DNA of 64,000 bases from contig CM082581.2 of NCBI GenBank assembly GCA_040954595.2, forward strand, positions 11,716,286-11,780,285, in the 5' to 3' direction. The notes beneath the pieces were generated by a model. It made no database searches and was not told the origin of the DNA. It saw only the letters and a program-made list of their open reading frames with translations. Origin of the DNA: Balanoglossus misakiensis. Its lineage: Eukaryota > Animalia > Hemichordata. Positions within the stretch are counted from its first letter, which is position 1; each line of letters opens with the position of its first letter. Shown here piece after piece: positions 1 through 12,752 of the stretch. A program made the position numbers and the translations under genes.

Positions 1-1465
1 CGAGTGGTATACCATGGCTGGGGGTGTTTTATTGCTATTATATTATGCCAGTATATTGAAACTTTGCATAAAACATTTTAAAAAGGCATTTTCTTTAACT
101 ATGATATATGACTGTGGTATATGGCTAATATATCACGGTCACGTGTCGTGTCTCGACCAATCAAATAGCGTGATTTACACCATCAATATACTGGTATAAT
201 ATAATATAATATAAATGAAATGTACATGATAGAGACAAGAGGGTTGTGTGAATGTTCTTTTGAGAGTCTTGTATGTAGAAGACGCTGTTCTGAAGGTTTT
301 TGTGTGTATAATGTTCGTGTGTGGCTTTGAGAGGCAGAAATGGCCTTAGATCACAGCAACATAGCGAAAACAATTTCCTCGAGATAAATTGGAATCGAGA
401 TGAATGAGTCGAAACAGGTGATTGTGAATCATGCAAGATGTGAATAATGGAATCGGGGAGTGAGATTGATTGACATGTAGCAGGGTTAGGGGGTTTTCCG
501 CGCTAATGCCGTACAGAGTCAACCCGGAGAGAGTGGATTCAACACGGATAATACATACAAAGTGGGAAGGGATGGAAATATGAAAGTTCATGGATCAGCG
601 TGTGGCAGTACAAGTGAGACGAGTGCGATGCCAGAGATACGCAGAGGCAGGCCGTGTCAGCTATGCATTCACAACAGCTGTCTACACAACCGCCCAAACC
701 CTATTTGTTTACTTTAGCTCCAAACTGAGCCAGGTCCATTTGGATTTTTGTGTTTCCCTTATCCTGGGACTAGAGCGCGGTAACCCCAGAAGTGCTCTGA
801 ATTCCCAGCGTCTAATTGAAATCAAAATCAATCCAGGTTTTTATTGCATTATCTTGTAAATGATTTCACATCAATATTTCAGAGGGCTGTGCTCATAACC
901 CAGCCGGCTAGATCGACAGTTGCCATGGTGATTGGTAATTGAGATCATGTTGCTGTGTTAAGTTAACACAGCCATGTTCGTATCTGGAGAACATACAGTG
1001 ATATATGAACGCCCAAATCTTTCGTCTGTTGTAGGCATTTTTTCTCCGGTGATGACCAACTTGTTGGCATGACTTGTTGGTTTGTGAAATGGAGAATTCA
1101 GGGTGACAGTAAATCCTGAGATGTTGTGATGTTTCAATAACACAGTATTTGATGTGACACTTGATATAGTTTCCATGATTTCCTCACTGAAATGTATCCC
1201 AGATATTTTACCCCCAGTCATTGCACTGGTTGCACCAGGGAATTTTTCAGGGGGGTCTTGTATGTCAGGTGAGCCCCTCAGCAGCCTGAAAATTATGCAA
1301 CCCTCACATTATTATACGATTTCTCTGTTACATCCCTGAGATTGTAAAAAATGTAAATAGAGTTGATTGTGCTGTAGAATCTCACCTCAATGTTGATTAA
1401 CAGTTCAGCTGCAGTTGTAAAAATCCTTATTTTAATAAAATTTTCATTTTTTCTCCTTTTTTCAG

Positions 1466-1738
1466 GACCTCCTAGACTATCGCAAAGAGTCAACGGTTTT
1501 CAGAGAGTGCGGGAGGGTAGAACTATCAAATTATTGTGTCCAGTTGAAGGGGACCCGCCCCTCCTCTCCACGTGGATAAAAGACAAACAAAATATTCTCT
1601 CTGGTTGGAAAAGATTTCATGTTTTGCGGCAAGGATTAAAAATACAAGATGTGGAGCTGGAAGACACTGGACAGTATGTCTGCAAAGTCACCAACGGTTT
1701 TGGAACAGTGACTGTTAATTATTCTCTCACAGTGCAGG
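1466..1738 (+). CDS. FGFRL1: FGFRL1 coding exon: Ig-like domain 1 (gene is 5'-partial; signal-peptide exon not identified)
   Basis: Polypyrimidine tract plus ttcag acceptor ending 1465; donor G|gtaagt at 1739; 273 bp, phase 1-1. Translation GPPRLSQRV...GRTIKLLCPVEGDPPLLSTWIKD...GWKRFHVLRQGLKIQDVELEDTGQYVCKVTNGFGTVTVNYSLTV matches the FGFRL1 Ig1 pattern (LxCPVEGDPP, YVCKxTNGFG). Confidence 0.93.
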
Positions 1739-4700
1739 GTAAGTGGAATTCTCAAAAAAAAATTTTTTTCCTATCAAATATTTTATTTCTGGATAAATGA
1801 ATTTGACATCAGTTTTTGATGTATTGGTGGACGTGGACAGTGAATGAGAAAATTGGACTTAACAATTGATTTGAGTCCAAGTTTCTATATTCATTGACTG
1901 ATGTCTTCCTTGCTTTTTTTCTTTCTTTGTGACATGTGGTGTTGATATGGGATGGTAGAGATGGCTCGTTGTGGCATGATTGCCTTTGGTGCTTGTGCAC
2001 ACACATTTGTAATGATATTATGCATGAAATACACGAAGTAGATTTCTGCCGCTAATACCTTGGATTAGATCTTAAGCTGCCAGATTCTGTCTGCGCATTA
2101 AAGTTGACTCGACTAGAACCACATTAAAAGAAATTAAATACAGTGGCAATGTGCAGCTCGGTGCGTTCGGAATATGCGAGTGTATACTCGAGTGAAACTA
2201 GGCACCAGTCGATGTGGGATATTTTCGTACTACAAGCATGAAACTCGTGTCTACTGAACTCTCATATTTCAAAAGTCACAAGTACTGTCCATTTGCAGTG
2301 CGCATGTACGTACCCTGTAAGCTTCTAGTATGCAGTGAACAACTACATCCCCCTCCCCCCCCGAAAAGGCACTCGGCCATTCTTGTGTTCAGTTTACCCT
2401 GGTTTCAGTACATATATGCATAGAAAGGCCCTGACATTTCACTTAGTGCAGGACTTTGCAATTTTTTATTTTGCCTGATGAAGCCCCCGTGACAATTACT
2501 GTGTGAGGTTTCCATAGCAACGGCTGAGGGGGCAAGCCGAGACACATTTGTAATGTGTTGGCCAAGATGAATTTGTTCATTTGATATCGGTTTACTTGTG
2601 TAGGTCAAAGTACAATTACAGGCGTTAGCATCTCCCGCGACATTTTCGTCGTTTAGACATATAACCCCGCGCTCAACAAAGAGCCATTTTAGCTAGCGCT
2701 AACATAAAACAGGTGTTGGGTTGTCAAATATTTCACATAGTGTTCATATCTCTCCCAAAAATGAAGGATGGTTTTGTTTTTTTCCTACTATTAATGTCTG
2801 TGATAAGAATCAACCTCCAATAAGGCAGAGTAAATATGGTTCCTGATGACCTCTGACGTGACCCCACAACCATGTCATTTCTTTCCATATGCTAGTCAAA
2901 CAAAATGGAAATGCAGTCACACGATAGCATGTGAAAACTTACTTTTCACTGCAGTTTCTTGTGGAGGAAAAAACACACTGAATTTGTTGGAACATTTGTA
3001 TTTGATTGATTGGAAATTTACTCGATATTAATAAATTATATGCATTTTGTAGAATTCTCATAAATATGGGTTATTGAGAATGTCTGTATGTGATAAGAGA
3101 TTTTTTGTTGTCCCGACTTAGTCTGTTCGTGCAGCCATGATGAATGTTTCTATGTGTAAATCAACATGCGCAAATAAATCATGACTGTTATTGATTTGTT
3201 ATTGGTATTTTAAGTGGTGTCAGAACATTTGCTGCATTTTTATCCAGAGCATTTGAAGTCTATCGATGCTGTGTGTGTACTGGCAGTATTACAAGTGGGG
3301 GCGGTGTCCAATTTCAGTTAGCGGGGCTTGGGGTTTTACAGTGTAAAAGGTTACCAGGGGCTTTTGTCAAATTTAACCATGGCAGTGACTAAAACACCTC
3401 ACGCAGTCACAAGTTCAGAATGTGTTTTTTTTTACGCTGTCAAACTTAACATTAATCAGAGTGTCATTTTTGATGAAGAAAAATTACGCTTATCGATATT
3501 GGCCTTTGGAAATGGCCACCTTAGGACAGAGTTAGTCAATTTCCATGCTGATTGTGCCGTGCGGTTATCTCCTCCACACGAGGATGGAAAACAATTTAGT
3601 TTGATTTCTGGCGAATAGCCCCAAGGTTGTAGGTTATCCGAGCGATATGCTTGTCTTAATCCCTTGCAGAATTACCACAGAGCTGCCCGCATAGCTCACT
3701 GCAGTCATTAATTAATAAAGATTGACCTATTGTAATTCAGCGCCCCTGAGCAAATGCAGGTTAAAGGTAAAAAATCACCGATGCAGTGATTTGAACCTGG
3801 AACGAAGGCGGCCGTCCGTGAATTTTGGCAAATTTCCAGGAATCATCAACCAGTCATCCTGAATTATTTCATTGCCCGTAGTGATTTGAGATTACTCAAT
3901 AATCATAAACATCTTCATCATGTCAGTGCAGCTTGGTGTTGGACGTGTGGGGTGTCTAATATATCTGGCACTGACAAAAAACTAGGCTAGTTTGAGTTCA
4001 CAGTAGCCATATTTTACAGTGTGTCCAGATAAAGCCTCCCCCTTTATCAGTGTCTTATCACAGTGTTTGACATTATAGTGATGAAATACAACTGGACAAA
4101 GTGTTCCAGAGACTTCTGTGTTTTGCCTCGCGTGAAATTATCTGGAAGTACTGGGGTACATAGGAATGGAGGCATGCTCTTGTGTTTAGAATGGAAAGTG
4201 CATTTGAAATCCTGGAGACGTCATCTCAAAATAGATCTGAATTTTTATTTTTAGAGGAATTTGACACGATAAGAAAACGACTGCGTTGTGTCAGATGGAT
4301 GATTTTCTGTCCACAGCAATGTGGATTTTAAATTCTGCATTCTGACGAAGTGAAGGAAGAGATGCCATGATTCACGATAACTCGCAGCAGTTTTCTTTTT
4401 CAATTCCGCAAGAAAAACCTCTTTACTCTCCGAGCAAATAGAAATTAAGGCAGTCTGTTTAGTTCTGGATTTTCTTTCATTGCGGCAATCCCACTGGAAA
4501 TAGCAAAAGCAAATTTCTGAATGAAACATGACAGTGCAATTTGCATAGTAAACTGAAGTATCCCAGCATGGGAGACTCACAGTTTCATCATTCGTTTTTT
4601 AAACACACTACTTTTTGTCGGTTGATTTAGGGTTGCATCACTGAATCTTAAAGTGATCTGTGTTTGAATTCACCCACTGTGCTTTAACAGTCGCTGGGGA

Positions 4701-7700
4701 GGAAACTGACTCATAAGCCCTCGTTCATCGTCAGGGGAGGATGGTCTCCATCAGGTAGAGATGCGTGGACTGAGCTGCCTTGCAGATATTTTTCACTGCA
4801 CATTATTTTCTCATTGATAGAGCACCCCCAAATTTGTGCCTATAATGGATTTTTTGAAGTCGCAAGCATTCCATATACCTTGACCATAAAGCAATGACGC
4901 ATTCTCCACACATATGTGCGATGAGGCTGTGTATCGCTATACCACCAAGTTGTGTTGTTTATTAACACGTCGTACACAAAAACGGGTCACACATGAGTCT
5001 CATGTTCAGCATGATATGTAGGCAAATTCTGACTTGTACCTTTAACAGTATTGCTGTGTTTCCTACTGGTTTCGGATTCTCTGAGAAAAAAAGGCGGTAC
5101 ATGTTACTGTGCGGTTACTGTTTCTATTGAAATCGTACATGCATGTCTTTATTTACATTGTTTGTTTTGGATTTCACCTGTTGACCATTACAGACTAGTG
5201 TTTCCACAGTGTTTTTCTCTCCCCGGTTTGCTTGATGTCTCTATAGTTGGTTGATCGACTTTCACGTTCGGCCAATCGGAGTAGCGCTCGCGAGGAGGAG
5301 GAGGAGGGGAAAAAGGGAACCTAGTCGAGGTGACAAACTGCGCATAAAGGCGCATTGTCATTGGCCAGTGGATATGAGTGTGGCATTTTATTCATGATTG
5401 TTGAAAAATAATCATAGACTGTCTGCTGGTGTAATTGCCGTGCTCGGTCCAGAATAAGGCATAGCTGTACGGCATTGTAGCAAGAATTACTGATGCTCCA
5501 CAAAGGCTTTATTTAAAGACTGTTGAACAGCTTGGCCGTGCTCGTAAAAAGTAAATAGCCTAGTTATTAACCAAGTATTCAGAGTCAAACAGCGGGGAAG
5601 CAGTAGCAATTTATTTTAATGAAGGAAAATAGCACCCTATTGAAAATATGCCCTGTGCTTATTAATCCAAATCACAGACCAGGATAGATTTCCTGTTTCA
5701 CAAGCTTACACAAATTGATTTTTATTATGCCAATAAAAATATGATTGTAAGTTAGTTTTAATCGCAATTTTATCCTTGGTATGTATACATCCACATAGCT
5801 GTCGAAAAAGATCCCTGTAATGCTTGTGTTTAAACAAGTTGATTGAATTAACTATTTTTCACGGTCTCGTGTATTTGGTAGGAGCACGAAATGTAAGATG
5901 GTTTCTGACCTTCAAGTAAATTTGTCATATTTCAATCTCATTGAAATGTATGCAATGTGTTGGACGAGTAATGAGAGAAAGATGGAGTCATAAAAAAAAT
6001 AATCCTCTATGATAAGCTCATTACATGCACTGTCTGCAGCATACATGAAATGTAGTTTTCAACACATTCTGTTTGATAGTCCTGTGTTTTTGAATGCACT
6101 GTACTGGCCAAATTTTGAATACTTCGAGCCACTGAGGCAAGGTCCGTTGGGATTTTTCTCTCGGCTGGACCTCATTACGGGACTTGCAGGATTGAAATGG
6201 TTAGAATGTCACGTTCAGTGCAGCTATTGCACTAAAATTCATGGAAATTGGATTGGCTTGAGGTTTTGCATTTCAAAAATATTTAAATCTGAGCCTCAAG
6301 TACTGAAAATGTGAAATGTTGACACTCTTCAGACCCTAATAGAAGCACTACGAGCTGCTAAAAGGTTAAAACCACAAGGAAAAGTGTTGAAAGTTGGAAA
6401 GTAACTGGTATTTGTAAATCGTAAAAAAGCCTTCACAAAATATTTGAGTTGTGGTTATACCTTTGGAGCGGTACGAACTCCCTCAGCTACATTTATGTAG
6501 TGCAGAAGCATCCTCTTTAAATTGATTGGTTTTTGAAAATTTGTAATATGGGGGAATTTTCATTCTCTCCAATCGCTTTTATGACGGTTTAAGGAGATGC
6601 TTAAGGTGGTTGTACCAACATACTTGTTGCTCTCCTCTTTACAGTCATAAAGTGGCAGAAAACGGGAGTCTTTAACGTGCGCCGTGTCTAGCCATCCGTC
6701 TTGGCTGTCAAAATACAGAGCCTTGCAACGGATTGTATTTGCGGTTATATAGAGACTGTCAGCACAGCAGTGCAGTGTTTTGCAGAAATTGAAGTCACAG
6801 GTCTGCTTGGACATGTGGCTGTGTTTGCTCTGGAAGTGATTCGTGCAGGCCTTCAACAGTAACCCAAACCAGAGATGAGCTTGTGTACTCAGAGAATCTA
6901 AAAAAAATCGTGGTATGACGTGAAAACATTGGCCGGGTTCCAGCTAGACGGTATCTCGTTGAAATATGTACTCCTGTAAATATTCAAGAAGTCCAAGTGA
7001 GAATTGACGGAGCAATATACACACCAAATTTAACAAAAATGCAGATGAGTGAATAAACCAGACATAATACGTCCCCTCGTTTGACATTTGTAGAGAAGAA
7101 AGTTACTCAATACGTTTACTCAGTACTTCTGTTGTAACCTCCACTTTCATGCTCTGCTCTTTACTCTTAACTGTTTTATGAGTGTGTGTTTAATGTGTAA
7201 TTAGAGTTTTATTGGGCCCTAGTATATTTTCAAACACACTGGAAATTGCTTGTGTGTTTGTGTTCAAGCCAGTGTTAATTTGTGTGTAGATACAGCTGTC
7301 TTGGGGTCAGCAGGCCCCACTCTGGCCTGTAGGATTTTTTTTGCTGAAATTAACCTGCAAGGTCATTAAGGAGCCCAGCGGTTTTATCTCCTGTTAATAT
7401 GCAAGTAAGTTATGTAAGCTGTATGTCAACAGCCAGGGAGAAGAGGGGGAGAGAGAGAGATGGTTGTTTTGGAAACCAGCGCCACACACAACTATGCGCA
7501 GACATTGGCGGGTTGCACTCCACTGTTGGTTATTGCAAACTTTTTTAGGCTATTCAAAGTCTTCAATTCGGGCTTTCTCATCCAGAAACCGTGTGCAACT
7601 GGTCACTTTGTCTCTTGTGAAGGTTTGCTCGGGGGTCAAAGGTCGCCCCTAAGCCAGCATTCACTGGTAAGCTTGTATCAATGGTTGTGTGGCCATACAA

Positions 7701-9282
7701 GTGGTTCTGGCTATTTACCGTTCTTTTGTTTAGCCCAAGCCTATTGTGTTATTTGCAGTTAGAAAACATCCAATTTACTGGAGACCCTTTTCTGGCTTTT
7801 CAACAGAATCTGTTTTGGGAGAAGCAGCGGAATGTTTTGAAGAGAAAAGAAACCTCCTTCTGTAACCAAATCCAATGTTAATTCAAGTGATTTTTTTTTT
7901 TTTTTTTTGCGAGAGGGGAAAAATAAAGTTGTGAATTGAAATGTCGCGATTCGCAAAAGAGGCCGGCCAAGAGAGCATCTTGCTACTTTGTTGTGGTGTG
8001 TACAGAGTTCAGTGTAAAGTGGTCGGAATACCGGCCGAGATGGGTTGCGTTGATGGAATGTTGATGCCGGCATACTGGGATCAGCCGGTGCTGAAGTATT
8101 GGGGGCTTAGATGTCAGCTGGGAGGAGGCCATTAAGCCTAGTGGAGCCATCCAGTGTGTCTCACCCGCAGGCGAAACACGACTTGATTGGGAGAAATGAA
8201 CTGGAGAAGGGGGGGGGGGGGAATGTCAGGCTGTATTTGTACAAATTACTGTCGTCAACTCAAGTGCATGTAATGTGCATAGTAAGTTTTTTGTGCATTT
8301 AGTGTGGCATTCCATTAAGGCATAAAAAGCGGGTGTCTTTTTTTTCCTTTCTTTTTTTTTGCGGCCACCTCGATCAGCAAACAAAAGTGGACTCTCGCCA
8401 CCTGATCAACAGAACAGAGCCAAAGTTTTCAAGTTGCACTCAGTACGTTTTTTTTTAACTTGTTGAAAGCATGTGGTTTGTGTATCTTGGTGCCATACCC
8501 CTTTTTGATAAGCTTGTGCATACATACTTTTTGGTATTTGTTAGTCCAACTGACCTGATAAGAGATAGACTGCAGATTTTCATACTTTTAATTGAGACAT
8601 GTTCAGGTCACTGTCCAGTTTTTTCAAGAGCTGCTTTTTTCCCCTTTTCAAAACCAATGTTTAGCTTCAAAGGCCTTAGAACAGCATGCTGTGAGCTGAT
8701 GCTTGGAAAAGCAGTTTTGATGTGATAAGATTTCCTCTGTTAAGGATAAACAAAAGCACTTTTAATATGGTTTGATTAAAGAACATAATTGGCATTAATT
8801 GCGGGTGAACAGTCCTCAGATTCCTAGCTGGTTTTCCCACAGACTGCGAGACGTTGAGCTTCCATGTGGCTGTGACCATGGCCAGATGATCATTTGCACT
8901 GGCAGCCATAGTATTCCTGACATGCCCATTAGTGTGCGGTAAATGCTTTTTGGGTAATTCATTGTTTCTTAGTGCATTGTTATCTGGTAGGGATGAATCC
9001 AAGTGTATGGGGCTGTCATAATTGGGGAGTTGAATTTCTGAAGACTCTTGTCAGTTGATGTGGTATGGTTGTTTTTGACTCGGGACAGTTGTGCCACAGA
9101 TGAGCTTGCACTTTGCGCACTGGGCAGAGTTTCCAGGGGGGAGTGTAATCTAGCCATCAGCCAACACCCAGGGGAAACATGTGCTGTACTTGTAAGTTGA
9201 AACCAGATAACATCAGCAAATTTGAACTTGTGTAAATAAAAGCCGAGATGTGACATTGATTTCTTGTATGTTTTGACTTCAG

Positions 9283-9420
9283 CCAAACCTAAACTGGTGA
9301 GACCGACTCCAAACCCGAACTCTGGAGATTCCGTGTCGCCAGTCAAAGACGAGGAAAGCAATTCTGGAAGTAGTGGCGGCGGAGGCAGTACCGGCGCTGG
9401 AGGCGGAAAAAGTCCTGGAA
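9283..9420 (+). CDS. FGFRL1: FGFRL1 coding exon: Ig1-Ig2 linker (acid-box position), Pro/Gly/Ser-rich
   Basis: Not in the + strand ORF track. Acceptor ttttgacttcag ending 9282; donor A|gtaagt at 9421; 138 bp, phase 1-1, so it keeps frame between Ig1 and Ig2. Encodes (A)KPKLVRPTPNPNSGDSVSPVKDEESNSGSSGGGGSTGAGGGKSPG. GC-rich relative to the surrounding intron. Confidence 0.82.
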
Positions 9421-10668
9421 GTAAGTGACTTTCTTTATCTGTGATTATCTGCCCCCGAAAAAAACACAACAAATCATTTTGGCAGAACCAATAACTTCAA
9501 TGTGGGGTGACTAAATATTGGTTTTTCAATTTGCTGACAGTTGCTACATCACATGTGTGACAACATCCATTCATATCCATGTTTTTGACCTTGCCAAAAT
9601 GTTAACCTGTCTGCTGAGCAAATATATGTACATGTCTGTTTCGATCTCCTCTGCTACGATTTCAACCAAAAGTATGACATTGCAACAAAAAAAGCAATGA
9701 AACATGCAAACGTTTATTGACAAGGAAAAGACTTGTACCAGTGAAAGTTCAACTTTCTTAGTGGATGCCTCTGGGAATCAGAATTTAGTTCAACTGTATA
9801 TGCACGTCTTTGCTGCATATTGCCATTTTGACAGGGTTTTCATCAACTTTGGGGTCAGCTGATTCCTGAATAATATTAACAGGCTTTAGTGACAACCCCA
9901 GGTATTTTACCTGTCAATTCAGCCACTAGTGTAGTGTTTTGAGTTGTCAGAAATCGCCTTTTGATGCCTGTTAAATTAAACCACATGATTATTGATGGTT
10001 TCAATCCCGAAATCTATAATTATTGTATATATTCATATCATAAAGTGGCAGTTACCATTTGAGGCTGTGATTGACAAATTGAGCATTGTAGTAAAATTAC
10101 TTTCATAACTATGATAAATATACAAATTCAGCAAGGTCAAGGTGAAAGTAATTTTACGAAGAGATCTTCAGAGATGTATCCTGGGTAGATGACTCAAACT
10201 GCGGCACCATACATGAAAATATTACTGGTTCAATATCAGAGCTACTGACAGCCAGGTTCTGAAAATGCAGCCATTAATATTTCACGTAAATGGAAAACCA
10301 TTAACCCCTGTTACAACTCGGGGCTTTGAGTAGAAGCACACAATGAAATTGCACAATTTTCTTCTTCATTTCGTGCTGCTAACTCTTACTCCCAGAAAAA
10401 AGCAGCCCCTGTCATATCAGTGACACATCATGGCAATTATCCGACGTGCAATCACTTTCCGATTAATTACTGCGCAGAAATCAGCAGGAAGATCACTGGG
10501 AATCTTTGGAAACTATTAAAATTCATGGCAATGGAAGTCCCAAGTGAAATCATTGTGCGAGTCTGATTTGCTGTTGATTTGACAGTGGTTGCAGGAATGA
10601 TTAAGGCTCTCTGGAAGATCCATGGTTGAGTCTCAACGTTTTCTGTTTGGATTTTTTTCCTCCTTCAG

Positions 10669-10953
10669 CAAAGCCACGATTTTCGCAGCCAGGCAAGATG
10701 GCAAGGAGGGAGATCCCTAGGCCGGTTGGCAGCTCCGTGCGGCTCAAATGTGTGGCCACCGGCCATCCCAGGCCGAACATCATTTGGGAGAAAGATGGAA
10801 GGAGACTAACAGACTCACAGTTGGGAGAAGGTCGTCGCGCCAAGTGGACGCTGAAATTGCGGGATTTACAACCAAGCGACAGTGGGAAATATACCTGTAT
10901 AGTTTTTAACAGCGTTGGGAGAATTAATGCAACATATACATTGGATGTTATAG
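10669..10953 (+). CDS. FGFRL1: FGFRL1 coding exon: Ig-like domain 2 with basic heparin-binding segment
   Basis: Acceptor ttttttcctccttcag ending 10668; donor G|gtgagt at 10954; 285 bp, phase 1-1. [42 protein letters not shown]...[19 protein letters not shown] closely resembles vertebrate FGFRL1 Ig2 ([19 protein letters not shown]). Confidence 0.96.
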
Positions 10954-11501
10954 GTGAGTTATCCACTTGTTCCTTAAATCACATGTTGGTAGAGTCAGTG
11001 TCCAGTGCTTGGGACTCCAATGCATGGGAACAATACACAATACTCAGTGGAGTCAGTATTGTTGTCTTTTTTCTGCACGTTTGCCATCTGCAAGCAGTGT
11101 TGCCTATTTACTGTGTCGAGCTGTGGCACCTCACTGAGCCTCTGTCTTCAGCCGCTGTTCTTAAAGGAGTGACCCGGTTGTTGTCATTTGCTCCCGGGGT
11201 TTGGGCCGAAGTACTAAGTTGCAGGGGGGGGGGGGGTTATGAGGTCAGAGGGGTCAGTAAGTTGCATGTTTCATTCACAGTGACACGGTGTGATCACTCA
11301 AGGAATCAGTCGCAGATAGTTTGAAAAGAAAGTAAAGTGATTGATGGGTTGTACCGAAGTTGAATGGCTAAATTGACGTTGGCTGTAGTTTTGCTTGTAG
11401 AGGTAGGAGTTTTTATCGTAAAGAACTCATGTCGCTGCTTGTTGTAGGTGATTTGCCAGACCTATTAAACGTGTGACACGCATGTTTTTTTCACTTTATA
11501 G

Positions 11502-11861
11502 AGAGGTTGGGCCCAAAGTCACCTGATCTCATCGGCGAGCATCCATTGAACACAACAGTTCAGTACGGAGAGACCGCATCGTTTCAGTGTAAAGTACGCA
11601 GCGACGTCAAACCACACATTCAGTGGTTGAAACGGGTCGAACCCCATATGAAACAGAAAGACTTAAACACAACCATTGATTTCAATGGTGCCAAACTTAT
11701 AGTGCTGCCTGCTGGAGAGGTCTGGGTCCGGCCAGACGGAGCGTATTTGAACAAACTCGTCATTCAACGCGCCACGGAGGAAGACGCCGGAATGTACATA
11801 TGTCTAGGAGCAAATACAATGGGATATAATTACAGGACAGCATTTCTGGATGTTCTATCAG
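11502..11861 (+). CDS. FGFRL1: FGFRL1 coding exon: Ig-like domain 3 (single exon)
   Basis: Acceptor ttttttcactttatag ending 11501; donor G|gtgaga at 11862; 360 bp, phase 1-1. [34 protein letters not shown]...[10 protein letters not shown]...[15 protein letters not shown] is the FGFRL1 Ig3 signature. Ig3 is unsplit as in FGFRL1, unlike the split IIIa + IIIb/IIIc arrangement of kinase FGFRs. Confidence 0.97.
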
Positions 11862-12318
11862 GTGAGATAATTTTTCTGTTTATCTAAAATGTTTGTAATT
11901 CCTGGATTCATCCATGTGGCATTTGATGCAGTCTCATTCAAAGTAACTTACACTAATGGTGGAGTTTTGCATACTGATGCTGTTTGTGAACATACACCAC
12001 ATGGGAATAATAAGAGCAAAGTCTTAGGGATTTATTGGTGACAAGGTTAAATGCCAGGTTTCATCAGGATCTTATGCCATTGGACACTCGGCTTCTTTGC
12101 AACTGATTAATTGATTGGAGTTCAGCATCTTGCGAGTCCGGCCATTGTGTGTGTCCAGTGTCTGTTTGGATCTGTATATTTGTCTTTTTTTCTATTTACT
12201 GCATTCATCAATTCTTGTGGCTCAGAAATTCCTCAGAGGGGCAATTCTTGAGATAAATGTTGCATGACAAATACTGAGAAAAATCATGTCTGTGTTTTTT
12301 TTTCTGTACCTCTGACAG

Positions 12319-12752
12319 ATCCCACAAGAAAGCGAGACAGACCGCCCAACAACTCCAGCAAGATGGCCACGGATATTTCGCCTCCACCTGCAAATATACC
12401 ATTGCCGGTGATTATAGGAGTTCCGGCCGGTATATGTATACTTGTGTGCGTTGTCATCGTGTGGTGTTGCCAACAGCGACGGCGAACATGCTCGCCCACG
12501 GCCGCCGCAATTTACAAAGCGCAGCAACAGCAGCGGATGCTGTCGCAGCAGGAGAGGGAACAATTCTTTGCGCTGCAGCAGCAGCAACAACAACAGCAGC
12601 AGCAGCAAGCGAACTCTGTAGTGATGCAGACCAGTAGGGAAAAAATGTACCCGACGGCGCACACGTACACGTCGGACACTCTGAACAGTAACTGTAGCGG
12701 GTCTAGCAAAATCCAACAACACCATCAACATTTACATGTTCATCATTGCTAG
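12319..12752 (+). CDS. FGFRL1: FGFRL1 terminal coding exon: stalk, TM helix, kinase-less cytoplasmic tail with polyQ and His-rich C-terminus
   Basis: Acceptor tttctgtacctctgacag ending 12318; phase 1; stop TAG 12750-12752. TM segment LPVIIGVPAGICILVCVVIVWCC (human: WPVVIGIPAG). C-terminus KIQQHHQHLHVHHC* (human: KVHQHIHYQC*). No kinase domain. Confidence 0.93.
12576..12608 (+). repeat. Coding CAG/CAA trinucleotide repeat (Q11) in the FGFRL1 tail
   Basis: (CAG)3(CAA)3(CAG)4CAA in frame; additional Q4 and Q2 runs just upstream. Confidence 0.9.

Noticed and set aside
12325-12345. Furin site in the FGFRL1 stalk (TRKRDR)
   Set aside because: Contains a dibasic KR but not the R-X-X-R furin consensus, so a shedding site cannot be assigned from sequence.
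8969-12731. Minus-strand ORFs of 167, 121 and 169 aa (8969-9472, 10601-10966, 12222-12731)
   Set aside because: Antisense shadows of FGFRL1 exons (poly-Pro from the Gly-rich linker, poly-Leu/Cys from the CAG repeat).
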